Shown: one piece after another, positions 39,201 through 39,888 of the stretch
How positions within the stretch are numbered: the first letter of the stretch is position 1
Layout of the letters: the number at the start of each line of letters is the position of its first letter
Source: Gemmatimonadaceae bacterium
GTDB lineage: Bacteria > Gemmatimonadota > Gemmatimonadetes > Gemmatimonadales > Gemmatimonadaceae
Assembly (NCBI GenBank): GCA_040902005.1
Contig: JBBDYA010000029.1
Coordinates: forward strand, 1-39,888
DNA: 39,888 nt
Reading direction: 5' to 3'
The notes under the pieces: model-generated
The model's database searches: none
Seen by the model: the letters and a program-made list of their open reading frames with translations, nothing else
What the model was told of the DNA's origin: nothing
Translations under genes and position numbers: made by a program

Positions 39201-39888
39201 CTATGGTGTTGAGCGGGCGCGGCTGCGCCAGTCCGCCCAGGTGTCGCCGAGGCCGAGTCCGAACGCCGCGATGGCGAGGAACAGGAAGCCGATCGCCGCG
39301 ATGGCGTTCAGCACGGGCCACCAGAGCATGGCGAACCCGACGGTCGCGGTGATGGCCAGCGCGCCGGGCGCCATGAACCAGCTCAGCACGCCCAGGCCGC
39401 GAAGGGCGTACAGCGCGCCAAAGAAGAAGAGAAGATTCCGTCCCACCGCGCGCACCGACGCCAGGTTCGGTAGAAACACGATGGTGAGACCCACGATGAG
39501 CCCCCACACCAGCTGGTCGTTGAACCGGAAATCGCGTAGTTGGCCCAGCGGCGGTCCGAGCCGCGCCCGCGCCAGCCGGTGGTAGACGGACCAGGCGAGG
39601 GCTAGCGCGACGAGCGACTGGAGCGCGAGCATCGATGGATACAGCGTGTGGCCGACATTCGCGATCGCGGTGAGCTGCTTCTCGGTCTCGGCGGGGAGCT
39701 GCCCGATCTGCGGAATGCGCGCCGTGAGCTGACCCCACTCCTTCGGGTGTTGTCCGATGAAATCGTTCAGGGTCCCCATCGTCTCCACGTTCCGCCGGGT
39801 GACCTCCTCGCGGATGGCGCTGGCCATGTGCGACTCGGACACCGGGCCGATCGCGCTCATCATGTGCGCGAGGCCGAGCGACACGGTG
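39201..39888 (-). CDS. DUF2232 (YybS-like) membrane protein, 5' end outside window
   Basis: Multiple TM helices, FRFNDQLVW, LGLGDTWADWR. Usual position upstream of rplI. Confidence 0.8.
   Translation of the reverse strand, partial: TVSLGLAHMMSAIGPVSESHMASAIREEVTRRNVETMGTLNDFIGQHPKEWGQLTARIPQIGQLPAETEKQLTAIANVGHTLYPSMLALQSLVALALAWSVYHRLARARLGPPLGQLRDFRFNDQLVWGLIVGLTIVFLPNLASVRAVGRNLLFFFGALYALRGLGVLSWFMAPGALAITATVGFAMLWWPVLNAIAAIGFLFLAIAAFGLGLGDTWADWRSRARSTP

Noticed and set aside
39189..39352. Perfect SD (AAGGAGGT) plus ATG on the plus strand opening a ~49-codon ORF
   Set aside because: Antisense to DUF2232, Arg/Ala-rich with no coding signal.

Overview
GC-rich bacterial chromosomal window. 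Gene content and order suggest Gemmatimonadota (inference, no search run). Bases 1-8.5 kb are accessory-like: the right end of a probable IS481-family element, a UvrD helicase with an inserted DEDDh exonuclease, two paralogous Uma2 nucleases flanking a Phd/YefM-VapC toxin-antitoxin pair and a retropepsin-like protease, DUF72, a coiled-coil lipoprotein, and two families of non-coding repeats. Bases 8.5-21.6 kb hold a MacAB-TolC-like exporter with no ATPase, envelope proteins and a cyclic-nucleotide cluster (Crp, MBL hydrolase, CsgG-like, GAF/HD-GYP). Bases 21.7-39.9 kb are housekeeping genes (rpmE-prfA-prmC-ylbF-like-tmk-S41 protease; lolA, DAHP synthase, MBL hydrolase, smc, two SPOR proteins, Omp85, rsfS, rplI, DUF2232). 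The best unannotated signals are: four CRP boxes, two centred at -41.5 relative to good -10 hexamers, suggesting a local Crp regulon with phosphodiesterase feedback; an IS5-like MITE family; a 9-10 bp ACGCGGAT tandem/palindromic repeat family; frequent leaderless promoters; a probable CTG start for prfA; a pseudo-BY-kinase-SPOR gene abutting smc; and a small ORF with a CxxU-like in-frame TGA.
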